A DNA stretch of 64,000 nt from contig CAVSIV010000002.1 in the NCBI GenBank assembly GCA_963728205.1, positions 630,976-694,975 on the forward strand. The letters are read 5' to 3'. Below are positions 51,296-64,000 of the stretch, piece by piece. Position numbers and translations under genes: made by a program. The DNA comes from an uncultured Chloroflexia bacterium. Lineage in GTDB: Bacteria > Chloroflexota > Dehalococcoidia > UBA2979. Each line of letters begins with the position of its first letter. Within the stretch, counting starts at the first letter, position 1. The notes beneath the pieces were generated by a model that did no database searches, was not told where the DNA came from, and saw only the letters and a list, made by a program, of their open reading frames with translations.

Positions 51296-52354
51296 CTAGC
51301 GCAGCTTCGCCGCCATGCCGCCCACCGAGGCCAGCGCCGCTTGGCCGCGCGCGACGATCACGTCCGTGCCGTGGCTGAGGCCTTCGCGCAGGAGCCACTC
51401 CGCGGCCTCCGACTCCAGCACGGCCGGGTCGAACGCCAGCATGTCGATCATCCCACCCGGAAGCAGCGAGCGGATCTCGGGCGCCGACGCCGTGTAGTCG
51501 CGCTCGCCCTGCGCGCGCTCGGCCAGCTCCTCGGCCACCGCGGCGCGCTCGGAGCGACCGGCCTCGACCAGGCGCGGCCAGACGTGATCCACCACGTCGC
51601 TGAGCGACGCGCGCATGTCGATCGACGTCACGAAGCGCAGCGCGTCGCTCGCGCGCGCCCCGAGCGCCTCGACCAGCGCCGGCGTGATCTCCGCGTCGCC
51701 GGCGATCACCAGGTCGTCGACGTCGGCGCGCTGCCTCGCCGCCTCGATGGCGAGCGCGGCGTCACGCGCGAAGCGGTCGAGCATGGTCTCGCGCGCGTGC
51801 TGCTCGTGTCCGCTGCGCCAGCCGGTGCGCGAGCCGAGCCGCGCGCCGGTCCACGTGTCCTCGGCGAGCTCGGCGGTCTGCTCGACGTCGGTCGGGCGGA
51901 TCGCGATCATCCGCACGCGCGTGGTGTCGGCGAGCGCGACCAGGCACGGGCGGTCGTCCTGCACGAGCTCGGCGAGGGGCAGCAACAGCGGTCGTTCGCC
52001 GACGTGCGTGAGCGTCGACAGCGGCACGCGGAAGGCCTGCGCGCGCCACAGGCCACGGCCCTCGCACGCGAAGATCGCGAGGCCGCGTGCGGCCGGATCG
52101 GCGGACTCGTCGAGGTACTCGCGCACGCTGAGCGTGTCGGCGAGGAGCGACTCCCGGGCGGGACCACGCGCGAGCGCGCTGTGCTCGGCGTCGTGCAGAT
52201 CCTTGCGCAGCGTGACGGCGGCATCGCGCACGCCGCGCCCGTCGACGCGCCAGTCGGCGTACACCGTGAGCACGGCGTGCCGCGACGGCTCCCACCGCAC
52301 CAGGACCTCGGGCAAGACGATGCCGTGACGGCTGCGAACGGGCACGCGGGTCAT
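51296..52354 (-). CDS. Bacterial archaeo-eukaryotic release factor (baeRF)/pelota-like protein
   Basis: VLTVY, RGLAIFAC, P.L.PL, VALAD...R, LVIAG, C-terminal GG.AAKLR; GGAGG RBS. Confidence 0.7.
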   Translation of the reverse strand: MTRVPVRSRHGIVLPEVLVRWEPSRHAVLTVYADWRVDGRGVRDAAVTLRKDLHDAEHSALARGPARESLLADTLSVREYLDESADPAARGLAIFACEGRGLWRAQAFRVPLSTLTHVGERPLLLPLAELVQDDRPCLVALADTTRVRMIAIRPTDVEQTAELAEDTWTGARLGSRTGWRSGHEQHARETMLDRFARDAALAIEAARQRADVDDLVIAGDAEITPALVEALGARASDALRFVTSIDMRASLSDVVDHVWPRLVEAGRSERAAVAEELAERAQGERDYTASAPEIRSLLPGGMIDMLAFDPAVLESEAAEWLLREGLSHGTDVIVARGQAALASVGGMAAKLR

Positions 52355-52510
52355 CTCTCCCACCTCCATCCCGCTCACTGCGAACGTACCGACGGGGCAG
52401 CGGCGCGCCAGCGGTCGAAGGTCCCGCACGTCCGGGGACTCGCCCGGGCGGAACCGGATCGGAGCGCAGTGGTGGAGGAAACGGGGCTCGCCGTGCGCGC
52501 AGCGGGGGAC

Positions 52511-54290
52511 TCAGGGCACCGCGCCGACGACCTCCACCGGCTCGATCGCGTCGGCCGGCACGAAGCCGAGCACCCAGCCGTAGAACCAGAGCTCGGCCTC
52601 GATCGCGCGTCGGATCGTCTCGGCACGCCGGAAGCCGTGCTGCTCGCCGGGGAACTCGAGCAGCGCGTACGGCACGCCGCGCGCGCCCAGCGACGCGGCC
52701 ATCGCCGCGGACTGCGCGGGCGGCACCACGCGGTCCTCCAGGCCCTGGAAGAGGATGACCGGGCACGCGATGCCGTCGACGTGGTGGATCGGCGAGCGCT
52801 CGACGTAGACGTCGCGCGCGGCCGGGTAGGGGCCGACGAGCCCGTCCAGGTAGCGCGACTCGAACTTGTGCGTGTCGGTCGCGAGCGTCTCCAGGTCGCC
52901 GATGCCGTAGTACGACGCGCCGACGGCGAACACGTCGCGGAAGGCCAGCGCAGCGAGCGTCGTGTAGCCGCCGGCCGAGCCGCCGCGGATCGCGAGCCGG
53001 TCGGGGTCGGCATCGCCGCGCTCCACGAGGAAGCGCGCGGCCGCGACGCAGTCGTCGACGTCGGCGACGCCCCAGCGGCCGCGCAGCGCGTCGCGATAGG
53101 CGCGGCCGTAGCCGGCGGAGCCGCGGTAGTCGACGTCGACGACGGCGATGCCGCGGCTCGTCCAGAACTGGGTGCGCAGGCTGAGCGCGGCGTCGGCGGA
53201 GGCGGTGGGCCCGCCGTGCGACATCACGAGCAGCGGCGGGCGCTCGCCCGGCGGCGCGCGGAAGTCGCGATTGCGCGGCGCGTAGTAGAGCGCGTGCGCC
53301 GTCGCGCCGCCCGCCGTCGGGAACGCGATCGGCTCGGGCGGCGAGAGGAAGCCGAGGTCGACCGCCTCCTCCATGCTGCGGCGGACGACGTCCACGCGAC
53401 CGCTGGCGAGGTCGAGCGCGACGACGGCCGGTGCCGCCGTCCCCGACGCGCCGACGAACACCGCGCGCGTGCCGTCGACGCTCGGTGCGCCGAGCGACGT
53501 GAACGGGATGTCGAGCGCGGTCACGGCACCGCCCGGCGCGATGCGCACCAGCCGCTCGAGCCCATCCGAGCGAACCCGGCACAGCACGTCGCCGCCGGGG
53601 AGGAAGTCGTACGTGCCGGCGTCGAACACCCAGAGGGGCACGCCGCAGTCGGCCGCCATCGGGGCGAGCGCGACCGCCTCCCGGTCGCGCCAGGCGTAGA
53701 GGTTCCACCAGCCGGTGCGATCGGAGACGAAGTGGAGGACGCCGGCCGGGCTCCACGCCGGCTGGAAGACACTCTCCTCCGGCCCGCCGGCGACGCGCGT
53801 GGCGCGACCGAGGGCGCCGCCGCGCCAGTCGGCGACCCAGCACTCGGTGCCGTCCCACGGCATGCGCGGGTGGTCCCAGGAGAGCCACGCGAGCCGGGCG
53901 CCGTCGGGGCTGAGGCGCGGCGTGGCGTAGAAGTCGGCGCCGGAGGCGATCACGCGGGGCGGCGCGCTGCCGTCGGCCGGGAGGGCGACGAGCTCGTTCA
54001 CCGGTTCGCCGCCGTCGTCGGGATCGCGCTCGCGCACGCAGATCAGCGTCGCGTCGTCCGGGGTGACGACGGCGTCGGCGTAACGGACGGCGCCGGGGCG
54101 GGCAGGCGCCGGCGTGATCGGCCGCGGCGCGGCGCCGTGATCGAGGCGATAGAGACGCTGGTCCGCGAACTCGACATAAAACACCACATCGCCGGCGAGC
54201 GTGCAGGCGCCGCCGCCGTACTCGTGCACCCGGCTGCGCACGTTCGCGCCGGCCGGGGTGACGTCGCGCGGCGAGCCCTGCGGGTCGACC
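52511..54290 (-). CDS. S9 prolyl oligopeptidase-family peptidase, N-terminus truncated at the junction
   Basis: RSRVHEYGGG, HGGPT, YRGSAGYGR, GGSAGG nucleophile, D.VVPP, EQHGF; homology stops just before AVDPQG. Confidence 0.9.
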
Positions 54291-54634
54291 GCGAGGTCAT
54301 CGTCTCCCCGCTCTACGGCGTGTTCACCCCGCAGACCTACGCGCTTGGCGTGATCCTCGATGCGCTCTTCGAAGTCGCCGCTGGCCGCCCGCAACTACCT
54401 CTATCCCCTTGTCCAGAAGGGCGCCAAGAACACGATCGCCGTCACCAACAGCCAGTTCCTCGAAGGCAAGCTCCGCCTCCCGATGGACCCGGCGAACAAG
54501 CCGCAATCGCCGACATCGTGAACGCATCCCACGCCGAGTGCGCCGGCATCGAAGCCGAGATCGAAGCGCTGACCCGCCAGAAACGCGGCCTGATGCAGAA
54601 GCTGCTGACGGGCGAATGGAGGGTCAGTCCGTGA
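54284..54634 (+). CDS. hsdS: Type I R-M specificity subunit, C-terminal fragment only
   Basis: IVSPLY.VF, GAKNTI, EQ.AIA.I, K.GLMQKLLTG..RV C-terminal signature; 5' part missing; small indels. Confidence 0.85.
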   Translation, partial: VDREVIVSPLYGVFTPQTYALGVILDALFEVAAGRPQLPLSPCPEGRQEHDRRHQQPVPRRQAPPPDGPGEQAAIADIVNASHAECAGIEAEIEALTRQKRGLMQKLLTGEWRVSP

Positions 54635-55330
54635 AGTTCGAAGTCTACTGCGACGAGACTCTGCCGGACCTGTTCACCTCGGGAAGCCACAGGGCCGATA
54701 CCTGATGATCGGCAGCCTTTGGCTGCCCGCTGAACTGCGCGAGGACGTCAAGGCCCGGATCGCCGGGCTGCGCCAGCGTCATGGCGTTCATGGCGAGATG
54801 AAGTGGCGGAAGGTCTCGCCGTCGAAGGTGGCTTTCTACACCGATCTCATGGACCTTTTCATGAGTTTTGGCCTCGACCTTCGGTTCCGCTGCATTGCGG
54901 TCGACCACCAGGCCATGAATCTCGGACCTTCATAACGGTGACGCGGAATTGGCTTCTACAAGTTCTACTATCAGGTTCTCCACCACTGGATACTTGATCA
55001 GAACGAATACACAGTCTTTTGCGACTTGAAACGCAATAGAGACAGTACACGGCTTCAACTCTCCAGCGTGTCCTGAACAACGCCAACCGGACATCGACCA
55101 TTCCAGAAGTTCAGTCGCTACCGTCTTCCGAAGTGGTTCTTTTGCAGCTCTGTGATGTGCTGCTCGGCGCGGTCTCCGCGCGGATCAACGAGCGGCAGGA
55201 CCTTGGCGCGGCCAAAGAAGGCTTAATCGCTCATCTGGAACGGCGGTTCAATCGTACCGCGGCTCGCCCTACCCACAAGTCGGAGGAGAAGTTCAATATC
55301 TTCAGGATCCGGCTGGAAGGTGGCTGGTGA
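54631..55330 (+). CDS. DUF3800-family (RNase H-like) protein; several indels
   Basis: N-terminal VYCDE, GE.KW.KVS, FCD, C-terminal LLQLCDVLLGAV (QxxD); GTGA overlap with hsdS. Confidence 0.8.
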
Positions 55331-55786
55331 TTCCCCCGCTTTTGAAGCTTGCTGATCAGGCAGCCTATCGCACCCACTACGAGCGAACGCTCTGCCGAGG
55401 CGGGATCGTTACACATGATGGGATCTCGTGTCTTTTTTCGAAAGCAGGAATTTGATCATGCTTTTTTCGAGAGTTCGGGGCGGCGTGGGGAAAACGATGT
55501 GTTCTCCCTTGAACGCGCGATGCGGATGGACTGGATCGCTCCTGCACTTGCCGATCCGAATGCGCGGCGACTGCAGGGTTGGTTGAAGAGAGAACAACGG
55601 CACGACCCAACGCGGCGCGTAACCGTGTTCATCGACGGTTTCCTCGTCATCATCGCCTTGCGATTGAGAGACGGAGACCTGCGCGCCCAGTTCGTGACCT
55701 GCTATCCCGCCGACGCCAGGACGCAGACCAAGCTAACCCGTGCGCCATTCTGGACGCTGGAGGACTGTCTCAATGCGTTGCGATAA
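55327..55786 (+). CDS. Hypothetical protein, possible BECR/PBECR-fold RNase; one frameshift at ~55430
   Basis: MIPPLLKL..YR.HYE...F.HAFFES...FS.ER..RMDWI...L.DP...RRV......VII....FVTCY; GTGA overlap with the DUF3800 stop. Confidence 0.6.
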
Positions 55787-55789
55787 GGG

Positions 55790-55900
55790 AAGAGGGACGC
55801 TGATTCGCTATGCTGGCTCAGCGTCCGAAGCCTCGACAGATTCACGGCCGTTGGGCAGTGAACTCGCGGTAGATATGGTCATTGTATGGCTTGGAAGTCA
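55790..55900 (+). ncRNA. Candidate structured RNA downstream of the DUF3800 operon
   Basis: Perfect 9-bp stem GGACGCTGA(55795-803)/TCAGCGTCC(55818-826); second hairpin TTCAC-G-GCC-GTTG-GGC-A-GTGAA (55841-862); no U-tract. Confidence 0.45.
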
Positions 55901-55961
55901 AGGGACCCCTAACAGGTCGCACTTTCCGCTTAGGTCATCGAGCAGCGTTCGGAGCACGCTC

Positions 55962-59173
<3,212 letters not shown>

Positions 59174-59177
<4 letters not shown>

Positions 59178-59890
59178 CGCGGGAACTGCACTGCCTGCAG
59201 TACGGCGAGCAGGAGATCCGGTACGAGATCGTCCGCCGCCCGAGGAAGACACTGGAGATCGCCGTCGAGCCGGATGCTTCGGTGGTGATCGCGGCCCCGG
59301 AGGACGCGACGCTCGACGCCATCGAAGCCAAGCTGCGGAAGCGCGCGGCATGGGTGACGCGGCAGCAGCGGTACTTCGCCCAGTTCCTGCCACGGACGCC
59401 GGAGCGCAGGTTCGTCGCCGGTGAGACGCATCTCTACCTCGGGCGCCAGTACCGGCTGAAGGTCGTCCCGCATGTCCAGGAAAGCGTGAAGCTGATCCGC
59501 GGCTTCATCGTCGTGCAGACACACCGGCCGACCAGGCCGGAGGTGACGCGCGAACTGGTCGAGGCATGGTACCGGGACCGGGCCCACATCAAGTTTCCGG
59601 AGCGGATCGAGCTCTGTCTCGGTCTCTTCCCGGATCCCGAGGCATTCCGGCCGAAAGGTCTCATCGTGCGTCAGACCCGGCAGAGATGGGGGTCCATGTC
59701 GCCGGCCGGACGCCTGCTGCTGAACCGCCGCCTCGTGCAGGCGCCGGTCGACGCCATCGACTACGTGATCACCCACGAGCTCTGCCACGTGGCGGAGCCT
59801 CATCACGGCGCTGCCTTCTTCGAGCTACTCGACAAGGTGATGCCCGATTGGGAGCGTCGGAAGCAGAGGTTGGAACGGGCCATGGCCTGA
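59174..59890 (+). CDS. YgjP/DUF45-like zinc metallopeptidase (usual hsdR neighbour)
   Basis: GE.HLYLG, RWGS, DYVITHELCH..E.HH...F; ATGA overlap with hsdR. Confidence 0.9.
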
Positions 59891-60158
59891 GAACTTCCGA
59901 ACCCGGTCGCGGCAGACGCAAACGCGACTCCAATCCAAGCAATTTCGAACGCTGGATTTTCTTTCTATCTTACAAGGGCTTATAAGAAATTCACCAAACG
60001 GGCGCAGTCATGAGGTCCGGAGAATATCGGCCCTGGAGAGACCGCTTCCGGCCCTCCTGGCGCCGCGGGCCGGTGCTCAGCCCCTCCCGCATAACCCTCG
60101 AAAACAACGGAAAAATCCGGCCGCAGCCGGATCGGGAGAACGCTTTCGCGAGGGCAAG

Positions 60159-60248
60159 TGGCGGAGACGAAGGGATTCGAACCCTCGAGACGGTTTCCCG
60201 CCTACACCCTTAGCAGGGGTGCGCCTTCGACCACTCGGCCACGTCTCC
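60159..60248 (-). tRNA. tRNA-Ser (GCT)
   Basis: GGAGACGTGGCCGAGTGG...CACCC-CT-GCT-AA-GGGTG, long variable arm, GTTCGAATCC, ends CGTCTCCGCCA. Confidence 0.97.
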
Positions 60249-60554
60249 GCCGATCCGTGTAAGTGGCGCGTCGGCGGAAAAAAAGGGGCCCGCGGGCGAG
60301 GGGAGGCCTATGTGCCGCCTGCGGCCCGGCATCGCGCGCGCGAGAGCGCGGCTTCGGAGCGATCTCGAAGCCAGCGTCGACGTCGCGGGCGTCCAGCGAC
60401 CGCGGTTCACGGATGTTACACGCCGCGACGCCTTTCCCGCGCGGCTCCGCGCTGGCCCAGGGCGCGCCACCGAACCCGTGATGCCTTGTGCTCCCATGCG
60501 CCGCAACGGATGCGGCCCGGCGTCGGCCGTTCCCTCCGCCCCGGAAACTCTGCT

Positions 60555-61814
60555 ATGCTGCCGGCCATCGACCCCGCGTTCTGCCGCGACTGCCTGGCGA
60601 AAGCGACGGCCGGCGTCGCTGCCCCGCCTGCGGCCCCCCGCACGCGCGCCCACCCGGAGCTGCCACCCTCGCCATCGCCCACATCGACTGCGACGCCTTC
60701 TACGCCTCCGTCGAGAAGCGCGACGACCCCGCCTCGCCGACCGCCCCGTCATCGTCGGCGGCGGCCGCCGCGGCGTCGTCTCCGCCGCCTGCTACATCGC
60801 CCGCATCTCCGGCGTCCGCTCCGCCATGCCGATGTTCAAGGCCCTGCGGCTCTGCCCCGACGCCGCCGTGATCCGCCCCCGGATGGAGACCTACGTCGCC
60901 GTCTCCCGGCAGATCCGCGCCCTGATGCGCGCTCACGCCGCTCATCGAGCCCCTGTCCCTCGACGAGGCCTTCCTCGACCTCACCGGCACGCAGCGCCTC
61001 CACGGCGCCCCGCCCGCCGTGATGCTCGCCCGCCTGCGCCCGCATCGAGTCCGAGATCGGCGTCACCGCCTCGGTCGGCCTCTCCCACAACAAGTTCCTG
61101 GCCAAGATCGCCTCCGACCTGGAAAAGCCCCGCGGTTTCTCGGTGATCGGCCGCGCCGACACCGACGCCTTCCTCGCCTCCCAGCCCGTCGGCATCATCT
61201 GGGGCGTCGGCCAGGCCGCCCGCGACCGCCTCGCCCGCGAGGGCATCCGCACCATCGCCGACATCCGCGCCGCGACCGCAAGGCGCTCGCCCAGGCCTAC
61301 GGCGCCCACGGCGACCGCCTCTGGCGCCTCGCCCACGGCCAGGACGACCGCCGCGTCTCGTCCCGTTCACGCCGTGAAATCCGTCTCCAACGAGACCACC
61401 TTCTTCGAGGACACCTCCGACGCCGAGCTGCTCGACGGCCACCTCTGGCGCCTCTCCGAAAAGGTCTCCGCCCGGCTGAAGGCGAAAGACATCGCCGGCC
61501 GCGTCGTCACCGCTGAAACTCAAGCGCGCCGACCACCGCCTGCTGACCCGCCGCGCCTCCCTGCCCGAGCCCACGCAGCTCGCCGCGCCATCCACGCCGC
61601 CGCCGCGCCGCTCCTGTCCCGCTCGCTCCCCGAAGGCCCCTTCCGCCTGATCGGCATCGGCCTCTCCGACCTGGTCCCCGGCGCCCAGGCCGACCTGTCC
61701 GCCGACCTGCTGGAGCCCGACGCCAAACGCCGCCGCGCCGCCGAGGCCGCCACCGACTCGATCCGTGCCCGTTTCGGCGACACCGCCATCGTCAAGGGCC
61801 GCGCCTTGCGCTGA
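60555..61814 (+). CDS. dinB: DNA polymerase IV, alphaproteobacterial type with N-terminal Cys motif; many indels
   Basis: [61 protein letters not shown]. Confidence 0.9.
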
Positions 61815-61920
61815 TCCGCCCCCGGATCGCCCAGAAATTGAGCATCCCCCCGCGATACGCCCGGGTTTCGCTCGTTTTCGCAACACCGCAATTTTTTATC
61901 GAATGGTCAATCGGATTCCA

Positions 61921-61950
61921 TTGACTGTGCTGCGGCGCAATATAAATCTG
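61921..61950 (+). promoter_or_regulatory. Sigma70-type promoter of the sRNA
   Basis: TTGACT -35 and AT-rich TATAAAT -10 region; TGCTGCGGCGCA dyad-like element in the spacer. Confidence 0.55.
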
Positions 61951-61954
61951 ACCG

Positions 61955-62036
61955 ATGTTGATGCGATGCATCACGCGCCCGTTCCGGGCGTTTCCTCCCT
62001 AGACTTGGGCCGTGCCTTGCGCACGGCCCTTTTTTT
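61955..62036 (+). ncRNA. suhB / alpha-r8 (MmgR-like) small RNA; 5' end approximate
   Basis: Small hairpin, then core TTTCCTCCCTAGACTT (61991-62006), then terminator; convergent with N-formylglutamate amidohydrolase, the known synteny of this family. Confidence 0.8.
62007..62036 (+). terminator. Rho-independent terminator
   Basis: GGGCCGTGC-CTTGC-GCACGGCCC followed by T7. Confidence 0.85.
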
Positions 62037-62051
62037 CGGGAGCAGGCGCCG

Positions 62052-62902
62052 CTACTCGGCCGCCAGCGGCGCGGCCGCGTCACCCAGGTCCGCGAGCCCT
62101 TCGAGCACGGCACCCAGGCGGGTCGCCACGTCCTCGAAGCTGGAGTCATGCTGAGCGTGCGCTCGTCCATGTAGAGGCCGCGGTCGATCTCGATCTGCAG
62201 CGCGTGGACGCGCGCGCGAGGGGCGGCCATAATGCTGGGTGATGTAGCCGCCGGCGAAGGGCGCGTTGCGGGCCACCACGAAGCCCTGCGCGGTGAACAG
62301 CGCCGCCGCCGCGTCGATCACCCAGCGCCCGCAGGCGGCGCCGAAGCGGTCGCCGAGGATCACGTCGGGGCGCCGTCCGCGCACCATCGGCGCGGAGCCC
62401 AGCGCGTCGTGCGGCATGGAGTGGCAGTCGAACAGGATCGCCAGGCCGAAGGCGTCGCGCTGCCGGTCGAGCAGCGCCTCGAGCTGGTCGTGATAGGGGT
62501 GGTAGCCGAGATGCGGCGCTGGCGCCTCGCGCAGGGGGATCTTGCCGCTCGGATCGTCCGCCCCTCGGCCACGACGCGCGGAATCACCCCCAGCCCGGCC
62601 GCGACGCGCGGGTTGGCGCCGCGGCGCTGCGCGCCGGCGATCAGCGCGGGGTCGAGCTCGTCCGGGGCGCGGTTGAGGTCCACGTAGGCGCGTGGCAGCG
62701 TCGCCGCGAGCAGCGGCGCGCCAGGCGCGGCGCCGAGGCGAACAGGCGATCGACGAAGGCGTCCTCGGACGAGCGGATCGTCATCGGATCCAGGCCGCGA
62801 GGCAAGGAAATCGGCCGGATAGCTGGCCCCGCAATGCGGCGAACTGAACACCGCGCGGGACGTCCAGTCGGAGGCATCGTAGAGAATGAAGGATTTGGTC
62901 AT
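62052..62902 (-). CDS. N-formylglutamate amidohydrolase (frameshifted)
   Basis: FSSPH.G..YP, RSSEDAFVD, PRAYVDLNR, GLGVIPR, DCHSMP, DVILGDRFG, N.PFAGG.IT, HALQIEIDR.LYM. Confidence 0.9.
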
Positions 62903-63033
62903 GTCCCGAACTCCGGCTGCCTGCCGATGAAATGTAGTCCAATCGCGAGGCGGCAAAAGGCCTTGAACCCCCCGCCAACTCCTTTTATAGACACTTCCAC
63001 ACGGGGCAGATACCCGCACCCGTGTATGGTTAA

Positions 63034-63108
63034 GGGCGTATAGCTCAGCGGGAGAGCACTTCGTTGACATCGAAGGGGTCAGTGGTTCGATCCCACTTAC
63101 GCCCACCA
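63034..63108 (+). tRNA. tRNA-Val (GAC)
   Basis: GGGCGTA acceptor stem, TAGCTCAGCGGGAGAGC, CTTCG-TT-GAC-AT-CGAAG, GGTTCGATCC, TACGCCCACCA. Confidence 0.97.
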
Positions 63109-63191
63109 TTTTCCCCGCGAGGGAGGCGACGGTCCCCGTGACGTGCAACCAAGGCGCAGGCGCGCCGCGCGCCGCGACAAGGAGAGAGGCC

Positions 63192-63315
63192 ATGAAGGTC
63201 GCAATTCGCTCCGCTCCCTGAAGCGCGCCACCGCGATTGCCGCGTCGTGCGCCGCAAGGGCCGCGTCTATGTAATCAACAAGACCCAACCCCGGTTCAAG
63301 GCCCGCCAGGGCTGA
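63192..63315 (+). CDS. rpmJ: 50S ribosomal protein L36 (alphaproteobacterial, non-Zn type); two apparent 1-nt deletions
   Basis: [39 protein letters not shown]; GGAGAG RBS; missed by the ORF track. Confidence 0.9.
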
Positions 63316-63470
63316 GCGCGGCGGCGGCCGGAGAGCCGCCGCGGCCGGGACCCGCGCCCGGCCGGCGGCTGCTGTCGGAACAACGGTCCAGGCATTCCGG
63401 CGCCGGTTGCGCGACGTGACCCGTCTGCGCGCCGCGCCGGAGACCTGGCACCGGTCGACCGGGATGAGCG

Positions 63471-63685
63471 TCAGGCGCCGGCCTCCGCCGCCCCGCGGCG
63501 GTGCCGCTGCGCACCTCCCTCTTCGGGTTACGCGCCGACCAGGCGGCGGTGATCGCCGGCCCCTCGAGCATGCACTGCGCCCAACTCACCCCGGGAGCGA
63601 AGACCGGCCCGCGCACCCGCTCGCAATCCGTCAGTGCGGGCGTGCCCGCGCAGCACGCGACGAAAAGAAACTGGAACGGTCCCAC
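63471..63685 (-). CDS. Small Cys-containing hypothetical protein (alphaproteobacterial type); end approximate
   Basis: GGAGGAGG RBS; F.FVAC....DCE......V...QCM......A.W...P pattern. Confidence 0.5.
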
Positions 63686-63777
63686 GTGCGAGCCTCCTCC
63701 GAGATCGAACGACACCCGGACGCGATCCTGACCACGGGCCGCGCCGGTCCTCACCCCTTCGGGTGAGCCCGCGCGGT

Positions 63778-64000
63778 TCAGAGCCGGCCGCGGGCCATCA
63801 CGAGGCGGATGAACCTGGCTTGCCCGTCGACCCCAAGCTTGCCGTAGTCGCCTTCAGGTGGCTCTTGACGGTGTTGTCCGACAGCCCGAGCCGGGCGGCG
63901 ATGGCGCCGACCTTCAGCGCCTCGGCGGCCACGCGGCGACCCGCGCCTCGCCGAGCGTGAGACCGAAATCGGCGCGAGGCGTCCGGTGCCAGCGCCGCCA
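63778..64000 (-). CDS. LuxR-type HTH regulator, C-terminal fragment (5' partial, indels)
   Basis: IAARLGLSDNTVKSHLK..Y.KLGV. Confidence 0.7.
   Translation of the reverse strand, partial: GGAGTGRLAPISVSRSARRGSPRGRRGAEGRRHRRPARAVGQHRQEPPEGDYGKLGVDGQARFIRLVMARGRL

Noticed and set aside
54291-54394. N-terminus of the 627-aa S9 peptidase ORF
   Set aside because: It is the antisense of the hsdS fragment beyond the junction, not peptidase sequence.

Overview
The window appears to join DNA from two unrelated organisms at ~54,290. The left part (1-54.29 kb) is very GC-rich and looks like Chloroflexota, probably Dehalococcoidia/Tepidiformia-like (inferred from gene families). It carries smc-ftsY, a membrane glycosylation-type cluster (DUF2298/YYY, TIGR03663/Agl23-like, flippase-like, FAD oxidoreductase), an orphan NuoE/NuoF(HydC/HydB)-like pair, mutS and mutL, several metabolic genes and two OmpR-family regulators. 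It also has a secretin-less Flp/Tad pilus locus preceded by degenerate signalling proteins and bracketed by two paralogous Cys-rich 3D-like proteins, followed by copper (CopC/CopD), phosphoesterase, serine hydrolase, mgtA, baeRF-like and S9 peptidase genes. The right part (54.29-64 kb) is alphaproteobacterial (Rhodobacterales-like). It holds the end of a type I R-M island next to tRNA-Ser(GCT), then dinB, a suhB/alpha-r8 (MmgR-like) sRNA, N-formylglutamate amidohydrolase, tRNA-Val(GAC) and rpmJ. The best candidate for an undescribed system is a translationally coupled DUF3800 (RNase H-like) + BECR-like nuclease + structured RNA module inserted between hsdS and hsdR. Many genes are split by single-base indels that look like long-read sequencing errors, so coordinates of frameshifted genes are approximate. 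All family assignments come from motif recognition by eye, not database searches.
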